The notes: generated by a model not told the origin, from the letters alone. Shown: positions 38,806 to 48,894, counted from the stretch's first letter. The stretch is 64,000 bases of DNA from Candidatus Bathyarchaeia archaeon (GCA_050013255.1 JBEKFP010000001.1:704001-768000), one strand, 5' to 3'. Made by a program: numbers and translations.

Positions 38806-39869
38806 GTAAGGCGAAGCAGGGAAGGCATCTGCACTCCGTAGTCCTGCAGCTGGCCGTAGTGATCGTATCCGTATTGGCTCTATCCGCGCTTGTCACTTCA
38901 CCCGCGACTGGAGTTTTGGGGCCCTTCAGTCTTACTACGCCGCCTCCCACGACAACGTTTTCCACGAGTACGACTACTACTAGTACGTTTTTCACAACGT
39001 CGACATCGACTCCTGTGACATCCACTTCTTTCACATCGGTAACGTCTACAAGCACGTTCGTCTCGTCCAGCTCCTCGTTCACTTCCACGCAAACATTGAC
39101 GAGTACTTCTTACAGTTCATCATCGGTCTACACGAATACTGTTACAACCCCCACAACGACCACTACGACAGCTATTCAACCCTTCACTACGACGGCAACA
39201 TCATTCATCACGAGCACGGCTCTTCCTTCTGTTGGTTGCCCCGTGGCTTTCGCTACGTCTGGTACTCCCTTGGAGCCTTATGCGAATTTCCTTAGGGGCT
39301 TCCGTAACAATCAAATCCAGAACACAACAGCGGGGCGCATGTTCATGCAAACCTTCAATGGTTGGTATTACAGTTGGGCGCCTTCAGTCACTTATGCCGC
39401 AGCTAAGAACAGTTTATTCCTTGATGTGTTGCGGGTGGGCGTTTACCCACTCATCGGAATCCTATACGCAGCCTACTTCTCCTACGCCGTCGTATCGCCC
39501 ATAAGCGCCGAGGCGGGTGTCCTAGCGGCGGGCGTGGTTGCGGCCTCGCTGATAGGCCTAGTCTACATAGCTCCGGTTGCGTACGTGAGTCTACGGCTGG
39601 TTCGGCGCCGAACAAAATTCCTGACGCTCGCGAAGGCACACTTACTCCCAGCCTACGGATGGGTCGCTGCTAGCGCCTTAATGATTGGCTTCGCATACGT
39701 GTCCGGGTCCGCATTGTTGATGGGTCTAGGAACGGCCAGTCTGACGCTATCAATGCTCAGCGTTGGAAGTTTTCTCGGTGCCCTAGCTTTGACTTCAGCT
39801 CAATTCCCAGTCGTAAACCTACATGCCAAGGCCTTCGCAGTCAGACGTATGGCTCGACCGCTACACTGA
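38802..39869 (+). CDS. Ser/Thr-rich protein with CFI-box-CTERM-like domain
   Basis: GCPVAFATSGTPL..LRGFRN..T.AG..FM..FN.WYYSWAP pattern followed by TMs. Confidence 0.75.
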   Translation: MSKAKQGRHLHSVVLQLAVVIVSVLALSALVTSPATGVLGPFSLTTPPPTTTFSTSTTTTSTFFTTSTSTPVTSTSFTSVTSTSTFVSSSSSFTSTQTLTSTSYSSSSVYTNTVTTPTTTTTTAIQPFTTTATSFITSTALPSVGCPVAFATSGTPLEPYANFLRGFRNNQIQNTTAGRMFMQTFNGWYYSWAPSVTYAAAKNSLFLDVLRVGVYPLIGILYAAYFSYAVVSPISAEAGVLAAGVVAASLIGLVYIAPVAYVSLRLVRRRTKFLTLAKAHLLPAYGWVAASALMIGFAYVSGSALLMGLGTASLTLSMLSVGSFLGALALTSAQFPVVNLHAKAFAVRRMARPLH

Positions 39870-40040
39870 AGGATTAGGCAAAACCGTCTTTCTTTACCTG
39901 TTTCATCAAATGCTCTCGAGCCAGCTGGATACGCACGTACTCTTCCTCCAGCCCATTGTCGAGGGGTTGGAGTTGGTCTAGGTCCCAAATTGCTTCCGTA
40001 AGTTTTTGGATGATGATTCGAATTCGGTCGTTTCTACCCG

Positions 40041-40577
40041 TCATTTGACTATTGATTCCAACGGGACGTACGTGTCCGTGTCATGGACGGCTGGCATTTT
40101 GGCGATTCGGTTTTCGACGATGCTTGCTATACGTTGTGGGGGCGGGTTGATCATGCTCTTTTCGACTTCGAGCTCGGCGAGTACGTCCGCTTTCCCAAAG
40201 AGCAAGTAGACGCCGCGCACTTCTGGGACTTCGAGTAGTTTGCGCATCAGTTCTTGGGATTTGCCTGCGTCGCTGGAGACGAAGATGAAGCCTTTGGCGG
40301 TGGGGCGTTCGATGGCCTGCGTTGGGCGGAGTTCTGATTCGATTGGTATGATTGTTCTCGTGTCGATAACGTCTCCGGCCTTCCTGATCTTTTCGGTAAC
40401 GAGTTCCACGACTTTTCGACGGGGGTCCAGTTCGGTTTCTGTGGATTCTAAGGCAACGAGGAGGTCGAATTTGCCTGTGATGAGGTGGATCTCTACGACT
40501 TCGGGCAGGTCCTTGAAGCGGTTCCGGACGTCTTTCTCCTTGCCCGGTTTCGTTTTCACTAGGAGGAAACTTCTCAA
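40041..40577 (-). CDS. Tandem Lrp/AsnC ligand-binding domain protein without HTH
   Basis: Two copies of FxxV..GK..PEV..ITGKFDLL/LFGKADVL..DTxT; start estimated at TTG 40577. Confidence 0.8.
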   Translation of the reverse strand: MRSFLLVKTKPGKEKDVRNRFKDLPEVVEIHLITGKFDLLVALESTETELDPRRKVVELVTEKIRKAGDVIDTRTIIPIESELRPTQAIERPTAKGFIFVSSDAGKSQELMRKLLEVPEVRGVYLLFGKADVLAELEVEKSMINPPPQRIASIVENRIAKMPAVHDTDTYVPLESIVK

Positions 40578-40868
40578 ACCAATCACAAGCTGAGCCTTTT
40601 CACAGAGCTCTTGAGGCAGTGGCGTCATATAAGTTAGCCCGTACAGAAATTTGTTTTCAATATTCTTTCATCATATTAGCTTTGATTTTTCCTAGATTCT
40701 GAGTACCAGGGTTGTTCCATTCCCTTCATGGAAGAATGTTTGTGGACTCGTTGGTTTGCTCATTCGAGTTGTAAATCGGAGAAGTGATTGAGTCGGTAGT
40801 TAATCTATCCAATGAGCCACGGTCAGTTAAGTTTTCACACCTTAAAAGCAGACAAATTCGTCAGCCTC

Positions 40869-41276
40869 TTAGTGAATTAGGAGGGAGTCTATGGAGAGTG
40901 GGCCGGCCCCTAGTATTAGGAGGGCGAGTCCGAGCATTAGGTATGTTATGTCAATCTCGTAGGAGTTCTGTCCCATGTAAGGGGCCTTTATCTTCTTTCT
41001 CTTCAGGATAATTGCGCCCGCCATCTCCAACGCGATGAAGAACCCGACAATCGGTACAAGGAAACCTATGATTAAGGATAGGCCACCGAAGAACTCCAGA
41101 ATGATGGCTAAGTAGGTTAAGACCGCTGGGACGCCGAGGCTCTTAGTCCATTGCAGGGTCTGCTGCCTACCCTTACCGATCTTAGGATAACCGTGTGCAA
41201 TAAAATTGGCCCCCACCCAAATCCTCAACAATAATGCGAGCCAACCAGTGTACGGCAAGAGGAGCCATCCACTCAA
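40869..41276 (-). CDS. DoxX-family membrane protein
   Basis: LLLRIWVG..FIAHGYPK, EFFGGL and GAGPLSID motifs. Confidence 0.88.
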   Translation of the reverse strand: MSGWLLLPYTGWLALLLRIWVGANFIAHGYPKIGKGRQQTLQWTKSLGVPAVLTYLAIILEFFGGLSLIIGFLVPIVGFFIALEMAGAIILKRKKIKAPYMGQNSYEIDITYLMLGLALLILGAGPLSIDSLLIH

Positions 41277-41387
41277 CGCATCTAAACCTCCATGTTCTCG
41301 TAAAGGTTCGATGTAGTGTAGTGATGCGTGTGCGGCGATATGTACTTGGCGTTAGAAACGTGAGGAGGGTGCCACTGCTCTTGGTGG

Positions 41388-41681
41388 TTACTTCTTAATG
41401 TTTTGCAGTCCTTTCTGGAGGTCCGCTAATTCCATGACTGGTTCGAAGTCGAGCTTGCAGTTGAACATCATCCAGAGAGGTTCGGCGATGGTTGCTATCA
41501 TATCCGCGCTTTGCAGGTTCACTATCATGTAGATCCCCCTCTCCCCATCTATGGAAGAGAAGTAGACTGCATCCGGTTTGATTTGGTTCAGAACGCCTTC
41601 GAGTTTCTTCGGAAAGCTAGGGTCTTGCAGCAGTTTGTTTCCGTATTCCGTTGGCATATGCAATCGAAGTAGGAATTTCAT
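41388..41681 (-). CDS. Small conserved hypothetical protein
   Basis: ATG start; IKPDAVYF..GERG..AEP..PVM..DL pattern. Confidence 0.7.
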   Translation of the reverse strand: MKFLLRLHMPTEYGNKLLQDPSFPKKLEGVLNQIKPDAVYFSSIDGERGIYMIVNLQSADMIATIAEPLWMMFNCKLDFEPVMELADLQKGLQNIKK

Positions 41682-41833
41682 GGCGCATCTAGGCGGCGAA
41701 TCTACGGCTCACGTTATTATGGGTTACGTCATTTCGCGTCGCCGTCTTTGTTTCTTCGGTTTCATGGTTGGAGAACAGGCCCACTGCTTAAAGCCGGTCG
41801 AGTTTGATTTTCTTCGCGGTTCGGGGTTCATGG

Positions 41834-42385
41834 TTGAAAGTTGTTCTTGGTGTTACTGGTGCGTCAGGCGTTGTTTATGGCGTAAGCCTCGCATCAGAAT
41901 TAGCTAAGGCTGGAGCTGAGTTAACCATCATCGTATCGGACGCCGCGAAACAGGTTCTAGCAGCTGAGACACGGGACGGGTTGAAACGGTTGGAGGGCCA
42001 CGGTAGGCTGCTAACGGAACATGACATCGACGCTGATATCTCCTCAGGGTCAGCGAAGACAGATGCGGTCGTCGTCTGCCCCTGCTCCATGAAGACCCTT
42101 GCCGCCATCGCCAACGGGTACGCGTACAACTTGATTTGCCGAACGGCGGACGTGGCGATTAAGGAACAGCGTAGGTTGGTTCTTGTTGTGCGGGAGATGC
42201 CGCTCAGTGCGATTCACTTGGAGAATATGCTGAAGCTTGCGAGGTTGGGCGCAGTGATTCTACCCGCCAGCCCCGGTTTCTACCATGAACCCAAAACAGT
42301 GAACGACATGGTGGGCCATGTGGTAGGGAAGGTGTTGGATGTGCTGGGCGTCGAGTCGGAGCTTTACAAGAGATGGGCGGGTTGA
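41834..42385 (+). CDS. ubiX: Flavin prenyltransferase
   Basis: GVTGASG, SSGS, PCSMKTLA, R.ADV..KE.R.LVL..REMP and P.PGFY motifs; start estimated at TTG 41834. Confidence 0.95.
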   Translation: MKVVLGVTGASGVVYGVSLASELAKAGAELTIIVSDAAKQVLAAETRDGLKRLEGHGRLLTEHDIDADISSGSAKTDAVVVCPCSMKTLAAIANGYAYNLICRTADVAIKEQRRLVLVVREMPLSAIHLENMLKLARLGAVILPASPGFYHEPKTVNDMVGHVVGKVLDVLGVESELYKRWAG

Positions 42386-43674
42386 GCTTCAGAAAATGGG
42401 TTGAAAAGCTTAGGGCCAACGGGAAACTGACCGAAGCCAAGAAACCCCTCTCAAGCCACCTCGAAGCCGCAGCCTTCATCAAAGCCCTAGAACCGAAACC
42501 AACCCTACTCCACGTGCAGGACTGTGAAATTCCTGTTGCCGCGAACATTTGCGCCTCCCGCAGCCTCATAGCCGAATACCTGAACATTCAACCCAGCCAA
42601 ATTGTTGCAAAGCTGCTCGCAGCCATTGAACATCCAACTAAGCCGCAACGGATCGACAACCCCTCTTGTTTCGAAGTTTCTGAAAAGCAGGTGGACTTGA
42701 ACCGGTTACCGCTTCTCCTACACGCGGAGAAGGATGGGGGCAAGTACATCAGCTCGGCAGTTATTATCGCCCGCCACCCTGAACTCGGCCAGAACGTCAG
42801 CTTCCACCGCCTCATGCAGATTGGCAAAGATGAATTGGCGATAAGGATCGTTCCGCGGCACCTGCACACTTTTCTAGAGAAAAGCAAAGGCGACCTCCCG
42901 ATTGCAATCTGCATTGGAAACGCGCCGAACGTTCTCTTGGCAGGAGCCTGCTCCGTCGAATTGGGGAGGGATGAACTTGAGATCGCAAATAGCCTCGAAC
43001 CGTTACGGGTCGTCAAGTGCGCTGAAGCAAACTGTTACGTCCCAGCGGAAGCTGAATTCGTGCTCGTTGGGAGGATTACTGACAAGGTGCATGAGGAAGG
43101 CCCCTTCATCGACCTAACCGAAACCTACGACCTAGTTCGCTCACAACACGTCGTGAAAGTAGACCGCCTATACCACCGTGAACGGCCAATTTACCACGCA
43201 CTAGTCCCCGGCGGCCTAGAACATAAGATGCTGATGGGCACGCCACGCGAACCCACAATCTACCGGGAGGTTTCCAAAGTATGTGACTGCGCCGATGTGT
43301 TCATCACGCCCGGGGGCGCGTCGTGGCTCCACGCGATTGTGAAGATACGGAAGAGGCGGGAGGATGATGGGCGGATGGCGATTGAGGCAGCCTTTCGAGG
43401 CCACGCCTCCCTGAAGCACGTGCTGATCGTTGATGAAGACATCGACCCCACCGACCCGATGGATTTAGAATGGGCCTTTGCAACACGTTTCCAGGGCGAC
43501 CGCGGACTCGTAATCAAGGCTGGAGAAACAGGGTCGTCCCTAGACCCCTCAGCGGACCCAGAAACTAGGAGGACAACAAAGGTTGGTTTCGATGCGACGA
43601 AACCGCTTGAAGTGAAGGGCAAGAATTTCGAGAAAGCTAAGTTTCCTGAAGTGGATTGGAGAAAATTCACCTAG
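42373..43674 (+). CDS. UbiD-family decarboxylase; probable anhydromevalonate phosphate decarboxylase
   Basis: DGGKYI, SFHRLM, EGPF.D, EHKMLMG, VDEDID and SLDPS motifs; clustered with ubiX and AcnX genes. Confidence 0.9.
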   Translation: MGGLSFRKWVEKLRANGKLTEAKKPLSSHLEAAAFIKALEPKPTLLHVQDCEIPVAANICASRSLIAEYLNIQPSQIVAKLLAAIEHPTKPQRIDNPSCFEVSEKQVDLNRLPLLLHAEKDGGKYISSAVIIARHPELGQNVSFHRLMQIGKDELAIRIVPRHLHTFLEKSKGDLPIAICIGNAPNVLLAGACSVELGRDELEIANSLEPLRVVKCAEANCYVPAEAEFVLVGRITDKVHEEGPFIDLTETYDLVRSQHVVKVDRLYHRERPIYHALVPGGLEHKMLMGTPREPTIYREVSKVCDCADVFITPGGASWLHAIVKIRKRREDDGRMAIEAAFRGHASLKHVLIVDEDIDPTDPMDLEWAFATRFQGDRGLVIKAGETGSSLDPSADPETRRTTKVGFDATKPLEVKGKNFEKAKFPEVDWRKFT

Positions 43675-43689
43675 CGAGCCGGAAACACG

Positions 43690-44880
43690 ATGCACCTAAC
43701 CAACCAAGAGGAGAAGATGCTTGCGGGAGAGGCAGGGTTCGCGGTACAGAAGAGCATGCAGATCCTTACGGCGTTGGGCGAAATATTTGGCGCCGACAAG
43801 ATGATTCCGATTTCCTCGGTGCAAGTCGCTGGCGTGTCATACTACAACCTCGGCGACGCAGGCCTAGAATACTTAGAAAATTTAGCCGGTAAAGGCGCGA
43901 AGGCTAGGGTGAAGACGACGTTGAACCCTGCTGGCATGGATTTGGAGAATTGGCGTGAACTCGGAATCGACGAGGAGTTCGCGGGGAAGCAAGAACGAGT
44001 GATCCGGGCTTTTATGAAAATGGGGGTAACCCCTTCTTGCACTTGCACCCCATACCTCGTTGGTAACGAGCCTGGCCGCGGGGACCACATTGCGTGGAGT
44101 GAATCTTCCGCTGTCACCTACGCCAACTCAATCCTCGGCGCATTGACGAATCGCGAAGGGGGACCGAGCGCGCTAGCCGCGGCGATTACTGGGCGGACGC
44201 CTTGCTACGGCATGCACATTGAAGAAAACCGCAAGCCCCAAGTCCACGTCAAAGTCGACGCCAAGTTGGCCGCCGTCCCAGATTTTGGAGCCCTCGGCTA
44301 CGTCGTCGGGAAGAAGATTGGACCGAAGATTCCATTGTTCGAAGGAATCGAAGGCGCGCATGTTGAGCAACTCAAGAGTTTGTGCGCCTCTATAGCGACC
44401 TACGGTGGGACAGCCCTCTTCCACACCCACGACGCAACCTACCACCAAGAGGAAGCACCCACGGAAGTCCTCACAATCACGCGGGCCGACATCGAAGGAG
44501 CGCTTCGTGCACTGAATGATGAAACAGCGGAGGTTGACTTCGTCGCGCTCGGATGCCCCCACTGCACATTAGATGAGATCAAAACAATCGCAGGCCTCCT
44601 AGAGGGTAGGAAGGTGACAAGGGAGTTTTGGATTTGCACAGCCAGGCAGACCATGAAGGAAGCGGAGAAGATTGGTTATGCGCAGAAAGTTCGCGCGGCC
44701 GGAGCGAAATTTGCATGCGACACATGCATGGCCGTAGCACCACTCAAAGGGCGTTTCAGCGTTCTAGCCACCGACTCCGCGAAGGCATGCTACTATGGGC
44801 GTGGTACGAACGATTTCAAAACCCACATCGGAAGCGTCGAGGAGTGTGTTAATGCGGCGGTGACGGGAAAATGGAGTTAG
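43690..44880 (+). CDS. Aconitase X large subunit; probable phosphomevalonate dehydratase large subunit
   Basis: TTLNPAGMD, CTCTPY, AWSESSA, NREGG, GCPH, DTC and TDSAK motifs. Confidence 0.9.
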   Translation: MHLTNQEEKMLAGEAGFAVQKSMQILTALGEIFGADKMIPISSVQVAGVSYYNLGDAGLEYLENLAGKGAKARVKTTLNPAGMDLENWRELGIDEEFAGKQERVIRAFMKMGVTPSCTCTPYLVGNEPGRGDHIAWSESSAVTYANSILGALTNREGGPSALAAAITGRTPCYGMHIEENRKPQVHVKVDAKLAAVPDFGALGYVVGKKIGPKIPLFEGIEGAHVEQLKSLCASIATYGGTALFHTHDATYHQEEAPTEVLTITRADIEGALRALNDETAEVDFVALGCPHCTLDEIKTIAGLLEGRKVTREFWICTARQTMKEAEKIGYAQKVRAAGAKFACDTCMAVAPLKGRFSVLATDSAKACYYGRGTNDFKTHIGSVEECVNAAVTGKWS

Positions 44881-45275
44881 TGCGGGGCAGAAAAATATCA
44901 GGCGGAACGGCGGAAGGCCTAGCACTCGTCTCGCATGAAGCCATTTCGTTCTTCGGAGGAGTCAACCCGGATACGGGGGTAATTACGGAGAAGGGGCATG
45001 AACTTGAAGGGACAACGATGAAGGACCGAGTGCTCGTCTTCCCCAACGGAAAGGGGTCCACGGTTGGATCCTACACCTTGTACAGAATGAAGAGAAATGG
45101 TGTTGCCCCTCGGGCCATCATAAACGTGGAATGCGAACCTATCGTCGCAGTTGGCGCAATCATATCCGAAATTCCCACCGTCGACAGGTTGGAGAGAGAC
45201 CCGTTGACTCTCTTTCAGAGCGGGAGGAGGCTCAAGGTTGACGCTGACAGGTCGGTTGTAGAAGTCTCGGATTGA
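44871..45275 (+). CDS. Aconitase X small subunit (DUF126); probable phosphomevalonate dehydratase small subunit
   Basis: ISFFGGVNP.TG and GKGSTVGSY motifs. Confidence 0.92.
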   Translation: MELVRGRKISGGTAEGLALVSHEAISFFGGVNPDTGVITEKGHELEGTTMKDRVLVFPNGKGSTVGSYTLYRMKRNGVAPRAIINVECEPIVAVGAIISEIPTVDRLERDPLTLFQSGRRLKVDADRSVVEVSD

Positions 45276-45566
45276 AGGTTCATGCCTGAAGCAGCATTTC
45301 CCCTTCATCTCTCCCTGGAAGTAGCTATATTCAGTAATGTTTCGTAGGTAATCTATGCAAACACAGGTTTTAGTTTCCAAAGCATGAACTTCCCGTGGTT
45401 TAGATGGACCTACAAGATCGTGAATGTTCCGGAGACCGCTGCCCACAGTGCACAATGTGCGGAGCTCTACCCTACCAAGCCTGTGCCCATTGCTCCATCG
45501 AAATGATGAATGCCTGTTTAAGCAACGGTTAGTTCATTGGCCTGTGCAATGTTCTGAGGCTGTGTT

Positions 45567-47477
45567 TTGTCGAAGACTGAGAGTTCTAGGATTGTGTACC
45601 CCCCTAAATTGAAGCGGATGCTCACCCGAGCTTTAGACGACCCGGAAGGGTTTTGGGGGGAAATTGCTTCCGAGCTTCACTGGTTCCAACGTTGGGATAA
45701 TGTCTTCAAATGGGATTTCCCGAATTTTTCATGGTTCAACGGCGGAGTCACGAACCTAGCCTACAACTGCCTAGAAAGAAACATTGAGCTAGGCAGAGGG
45801 AACAAACTTGCCATAATTTGGGAGAACGGAGAAGGCCTTCCAAGACGAACCTTCACGTACAGTGAACTTCTGGCCGAAGTGAAGAGGTTTGCAGCAGCCC
45901 TGAAATCACTCGGCGTCAAGCACGGCGACCGAGTCACCATCTACATGCCCATGGTCCCCGAAGCAGCAATAGCAATGCTTGCATGCACCCGAATCGGGGC
46001 CATTCACTCCGTCGTTTTCGGAGGATTTGGATTTGGAGCGTTAGCGGACAGGATCGAGGATGCGGAATCAAGACTCGTGGTTACTGCGGATGTGAGCTAC
46101 AGGAGAGGGAGCGTTGTCAAACTCAAGGAAGTTGTAGATGAAGCTCTCAAGTCACGCCAAAGCAAAGTCGGAAAAGTCGTCGTGTTGAAGCGCGGCGAAA
46201 AATCACCACCGATGACGCCTGGAAGAGACCTGTTCTGGGACGAAGCGCTAGAGAAAGGCCGAGATGCTAACGCTGAGGTTGAAAGGATGCGGGCGGATGA
46301 ACCCGCATTTATACTTCACACATCGGGAACCATGGCCAAACCCAAGGGCACCGTTCAACCGCATGGTAGCTACCAAGTCTACATTTACGCGATGGGCAAA
46401 TGGGTCTATGATATGCGGGAGCACGATGTCTGGTGGTCCACGTCGGACGTAGGTTGGATTGTGGGCCACAGCTACGTCGTCTACGGCCCCCTCCTCTTCG
46501 GCTGCACTACGATAATGTACGAAGGGCTTCCGGACCATCCTACCCCAGATATATGGTGGCAACTCCTCGAGAGGAATAAAGTAAGTAAGCTTTGGATTTC
46601 CCCCACCGGCGTACGTGCCCTAATGAAATACGGCGACGAGTACCCCAAGAAGCACGACCTGAACTCGCTAGGGCTGGTAGTCTGTGCAGGTGAAGTTTTG
46701 AACCCACCCGCGTGGGAATGGCTCCAAAAGAAAGTTCTCCATGACAGGATTCCCGTCGTCGACCATATGTGGCAAACTGAAACAAGCGGGCCCATAGTTG
46801 GTAACCCGATCGGAATCTCGCCTTTGCCAATAAAACCGGGTTCAGCAACAATTCCTCTTCCTGGAATCGACGCGGACATCGTAGATGAGGGAGGGAAACC
46901 TGTGGCAGTGGGCGTTGAAGGAACCTTTGTCATCAAGAGGCCGTTTCCGGGTTTGACACCGACACTCTGGCGCGATCATGAGCGGTACGTTGAGAACTAT
47001 TGGAACAAGTTTCCAGGCGTCTATACAAGCGGGGACGCAGCCCTGAAGGACGAGGACGGATACATCTGGTTCCTCGGCAGGGTAGATGAAGTAATCAAGA
47101 TCTCAGCACACAGAATTGGGACCATCGAGATTGAGAGCGCTTTACTTCAACATCCAACCGTCGCGGAAACAGCAGTTGTCGGCCGACCAGATCAACTGAG
47201 GGGGGAGACTGCGTGCGCATTTGTTGTTTTGAAAAGTGGAGTCGAACCGAGCGACGACTTGAAGCAGGCGTTGAGAGAATCCGTGAGGAAGACAATGGGC
47301 CCAATCGTAATCATAAGTGACATACACTTTGTGAGCAAACTACCCAAAACGAGAAGTGGCAAAATAATGCGTAGGCTCATCAGGTCGATTCTAATGGACA
47401 AGCCACTGGGTGACTTTTCGACGATCGAGGATGACAGCGCAATAGAAGAGCTAACCAGAACCGTGCATCAAGCGTGA
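45567..47477 (+). CDS. acs: Acetate-CoA ligase (AMP-forming)
   Basis: HSVVFGGF, HTSGTMAKPKG, DVGWIVGHSY, WQTET, GD..D.DGY.W..GR.D and PKTRSGKIMRR motifs. Confidence 0.92.
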   Translation: MSKTESSRIVYPPKLKRMLTRALDDPEGFWGEIASELHWFQRWDNVFKWDFPNFSWFNGGVTNLAYNCLERNIELGRGNKLAIIWENGEGLPRRTFTYSELLAEVKRFAAALKSLGVKHGDRVTIYMPMVPEAAIAMLACTRIGAIHSVVFGGFGFGALADRIEDAESRLVVTADVSYRRGSVVKLKEVVDEALKSRQSKVGKVVVLKRGEKSPPMTPGRDLFWDEALEKGRDANAEVERMRADEPAFILHTSGTMAKPKGTVQPHGSYQVYIYAMGKWVYDMREHDVWWSTSDVGWIVGHSYVVYGPLLFGCTTIMYEGLPDHPTPDIWWQLLERNKVSKLWISPTGVRALMKYGDEYPKKHDLNSLGLVVCAGEVLNPPAWEWLQKKVLHDRIPVVDHMWQTETSGPIVGNPIGISPLPIKPGSATIPLPGIDADIVDEGGKPVAVGVEGTFVIKRPFPGLTPTLWRDHERYVENYWNKFPGVYTSGDAALKDEDGYIWFLGRVDEVIKISAHRIGTIEIESALLQHPTVAETAVVGRPDQLRGETACAFVVLKSGVEPSDDLKQALRESVRKTMGPIVIISDIHFVSKLPKTRSGKIMRRLIRSILMDKPLGDFSTIEDDSAIEELTRTVHQA

Positions 47478-47505
47478 AGATTTCCTGACGCTTGGTTCGA
47501 AGTAG

Positions 47506-48609
47506 TCAAAGGATTGTTGCTGTCGATACGGAGTAGATTGGCGGCAACCATTGTGCCATCAACCGCCAAGCCTTGCCCTCATCGGTGCTGTGGAACAGGT
47601 GCCCCATGCGGGTGCCGACATACACGCCTGCCGGGTCCAGCTGATCGGTGGCCATGCCCTCTCGGTAGCAGCCTATGTACGCGTTTTGGTTCGGCAACCC
47701 CTTGATCCGTTTCTTCCATGATCTGCCGGCGTTCCCAGTTTCGTATACTGCGAATTCCTTGTTAGCGGCGACGCGGAAGAAATCCCCCTGCTCTGGAACA
47801 ACATAGAACCTTTCCGAATCGTGCGGGTGAACCGCCATCGGGAAACCGAACCCGCTTGGCAACCCCTCTGAGATTTCAACCCAATTTTCAGCAGCGTCCT
47901 CCGACCGGTAGACGCCGCAATGGTTCTGCTGGTAGAGATTGCTGGGTTTGTTTGGGTCCATGACGAGCTTATGTACACACTGGCCGAACTCTGGGTACTT
48001 TTCGGGGTGAAAGTCTGCGCGCACATTCCTGTTCTTCACATCCCAAGTTTGGCCTGCATCTTCTGATTTGAAGACGCCAACCGATGAAATCCCAACGTAC
48101 ATTCGCTTGTTATGGGACGGGTCGAGGACGATTGAGTGGAGGCAGAGGCCACCTGCGCCGGGTTGCCATTTCGGGCGAGTAGGATGGCTGTTTAGGTTCT
48201 CGTTGAGTTTCCAATTATCGCCTCCGTCATCGCTGCGGAACAGAGCGGCGGGTGCAGTGCCCGCGTAGACTACGTTAGGTTCGTCAGCGAGGCCCGGCTC
48301 CACATGCCAAACATTTTCAACTTTCATTTCAGAGCCTTCAGCGAACCTTGGGGGCGTCGTTGCGTTCTCCCAGGTCTTACCCATGTCCCTGCTCCTCTGC
48401 ACGGTCGGGCCGAAGTGGCCGCTGTTGACCGCGGCGTAGATTGTCCTTCCATCACGCTTGTCGAAGGCCATGTGGAAGACTGGGGAGCTCTCAAAGAATG
48501 GTCCCTTCATCTTCCATGCTCGTCTGCGTGAATCAGACTGAAGAATGAATCCTCCTTTCCTAGTTCCGAGCAGAACATGTACAGCTGTTCTACTTTTCTT
48601 GCGTGCCAT
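47506..48609 (-). CDS. BNR/Asp-box beta-propeller protein
   Basis: Repeated S.D.G.TW boxes; GGLCLHS, GQCVHK and QQNHCG motifs. Confidence 0.85.
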   Translation of the reverse strand: MARKKSRTAVHVLLGTRKGGFILQSDSRRRAWKMKGPFFESSPVFHMAFDKRDGRTIYAAVNSGHFGPTVQRSRDMGKTWENATTPPRFAEGSEMKVENVWHVEPGLADEPNVVYAGTAPAALFRSDDGGDNWKLNENLNSHPTRPKWQPGAGGLCLHSIVLDPSHNKRMYVGISSVGVFKSEDAGQTWDVKNRNVRADFHPEKYPEFGQCVHKLVMDPNKPSNLYQQNHCGVYRSEDAAENWVEISEGLPSGFGFPMAVHPHDSERFYVVPEQGDFFRVAANKEFAVYETGNAGRSWKKRIKGLPNQNAYIGCYREGMATDQLDPAGVYVGTRMGHLFHSTDEGKAWRLMAQWLPPIYSVSTATIL

Positions 48610-48618
48610 TGTAATCCG

Positions 48619-48894
48619 TCAACCCCCAGCTACGGCTGGTATGATATGCACCCGATCTCCATCTTTGAGCTTTGTCGTCAAACCTTCGCCTGAGCGAATG
48701 TCATGCTCATTCACGAATATGTTAACGTACCTTCTCACACCCTTTCCCTCGTCGACGATGAAAGCCCTCAGGCCTGGAAAGAGACCGTCGAGCTTCAGGA
48801 GTAGCTCATCAACGGTGGAAGCATTCAACCCCACCTCTGACTTGTCTTGGGTATACTGGCGCAGGGCGTGTGGAATACTTATGGTGACCTGCAA
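48619..48894 (-). CDS. MoaD/ThiS/SAMP ubiquitin-like protein
   Basis: VNIFVN..DIR..L.DGD.V.IIPAVAGG C-terminus; start estimated at TTG 48894. Confidence 0.92.
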   Translation of the reverse strand: MQVTISIPHALRQYTQDKSEVGLNASTVDELLLKLDGLFPGLRAFIVDEGKGVRRYVNIFVNEHDIRSGEGLTTKLKDGDRVHIIPAVAGG

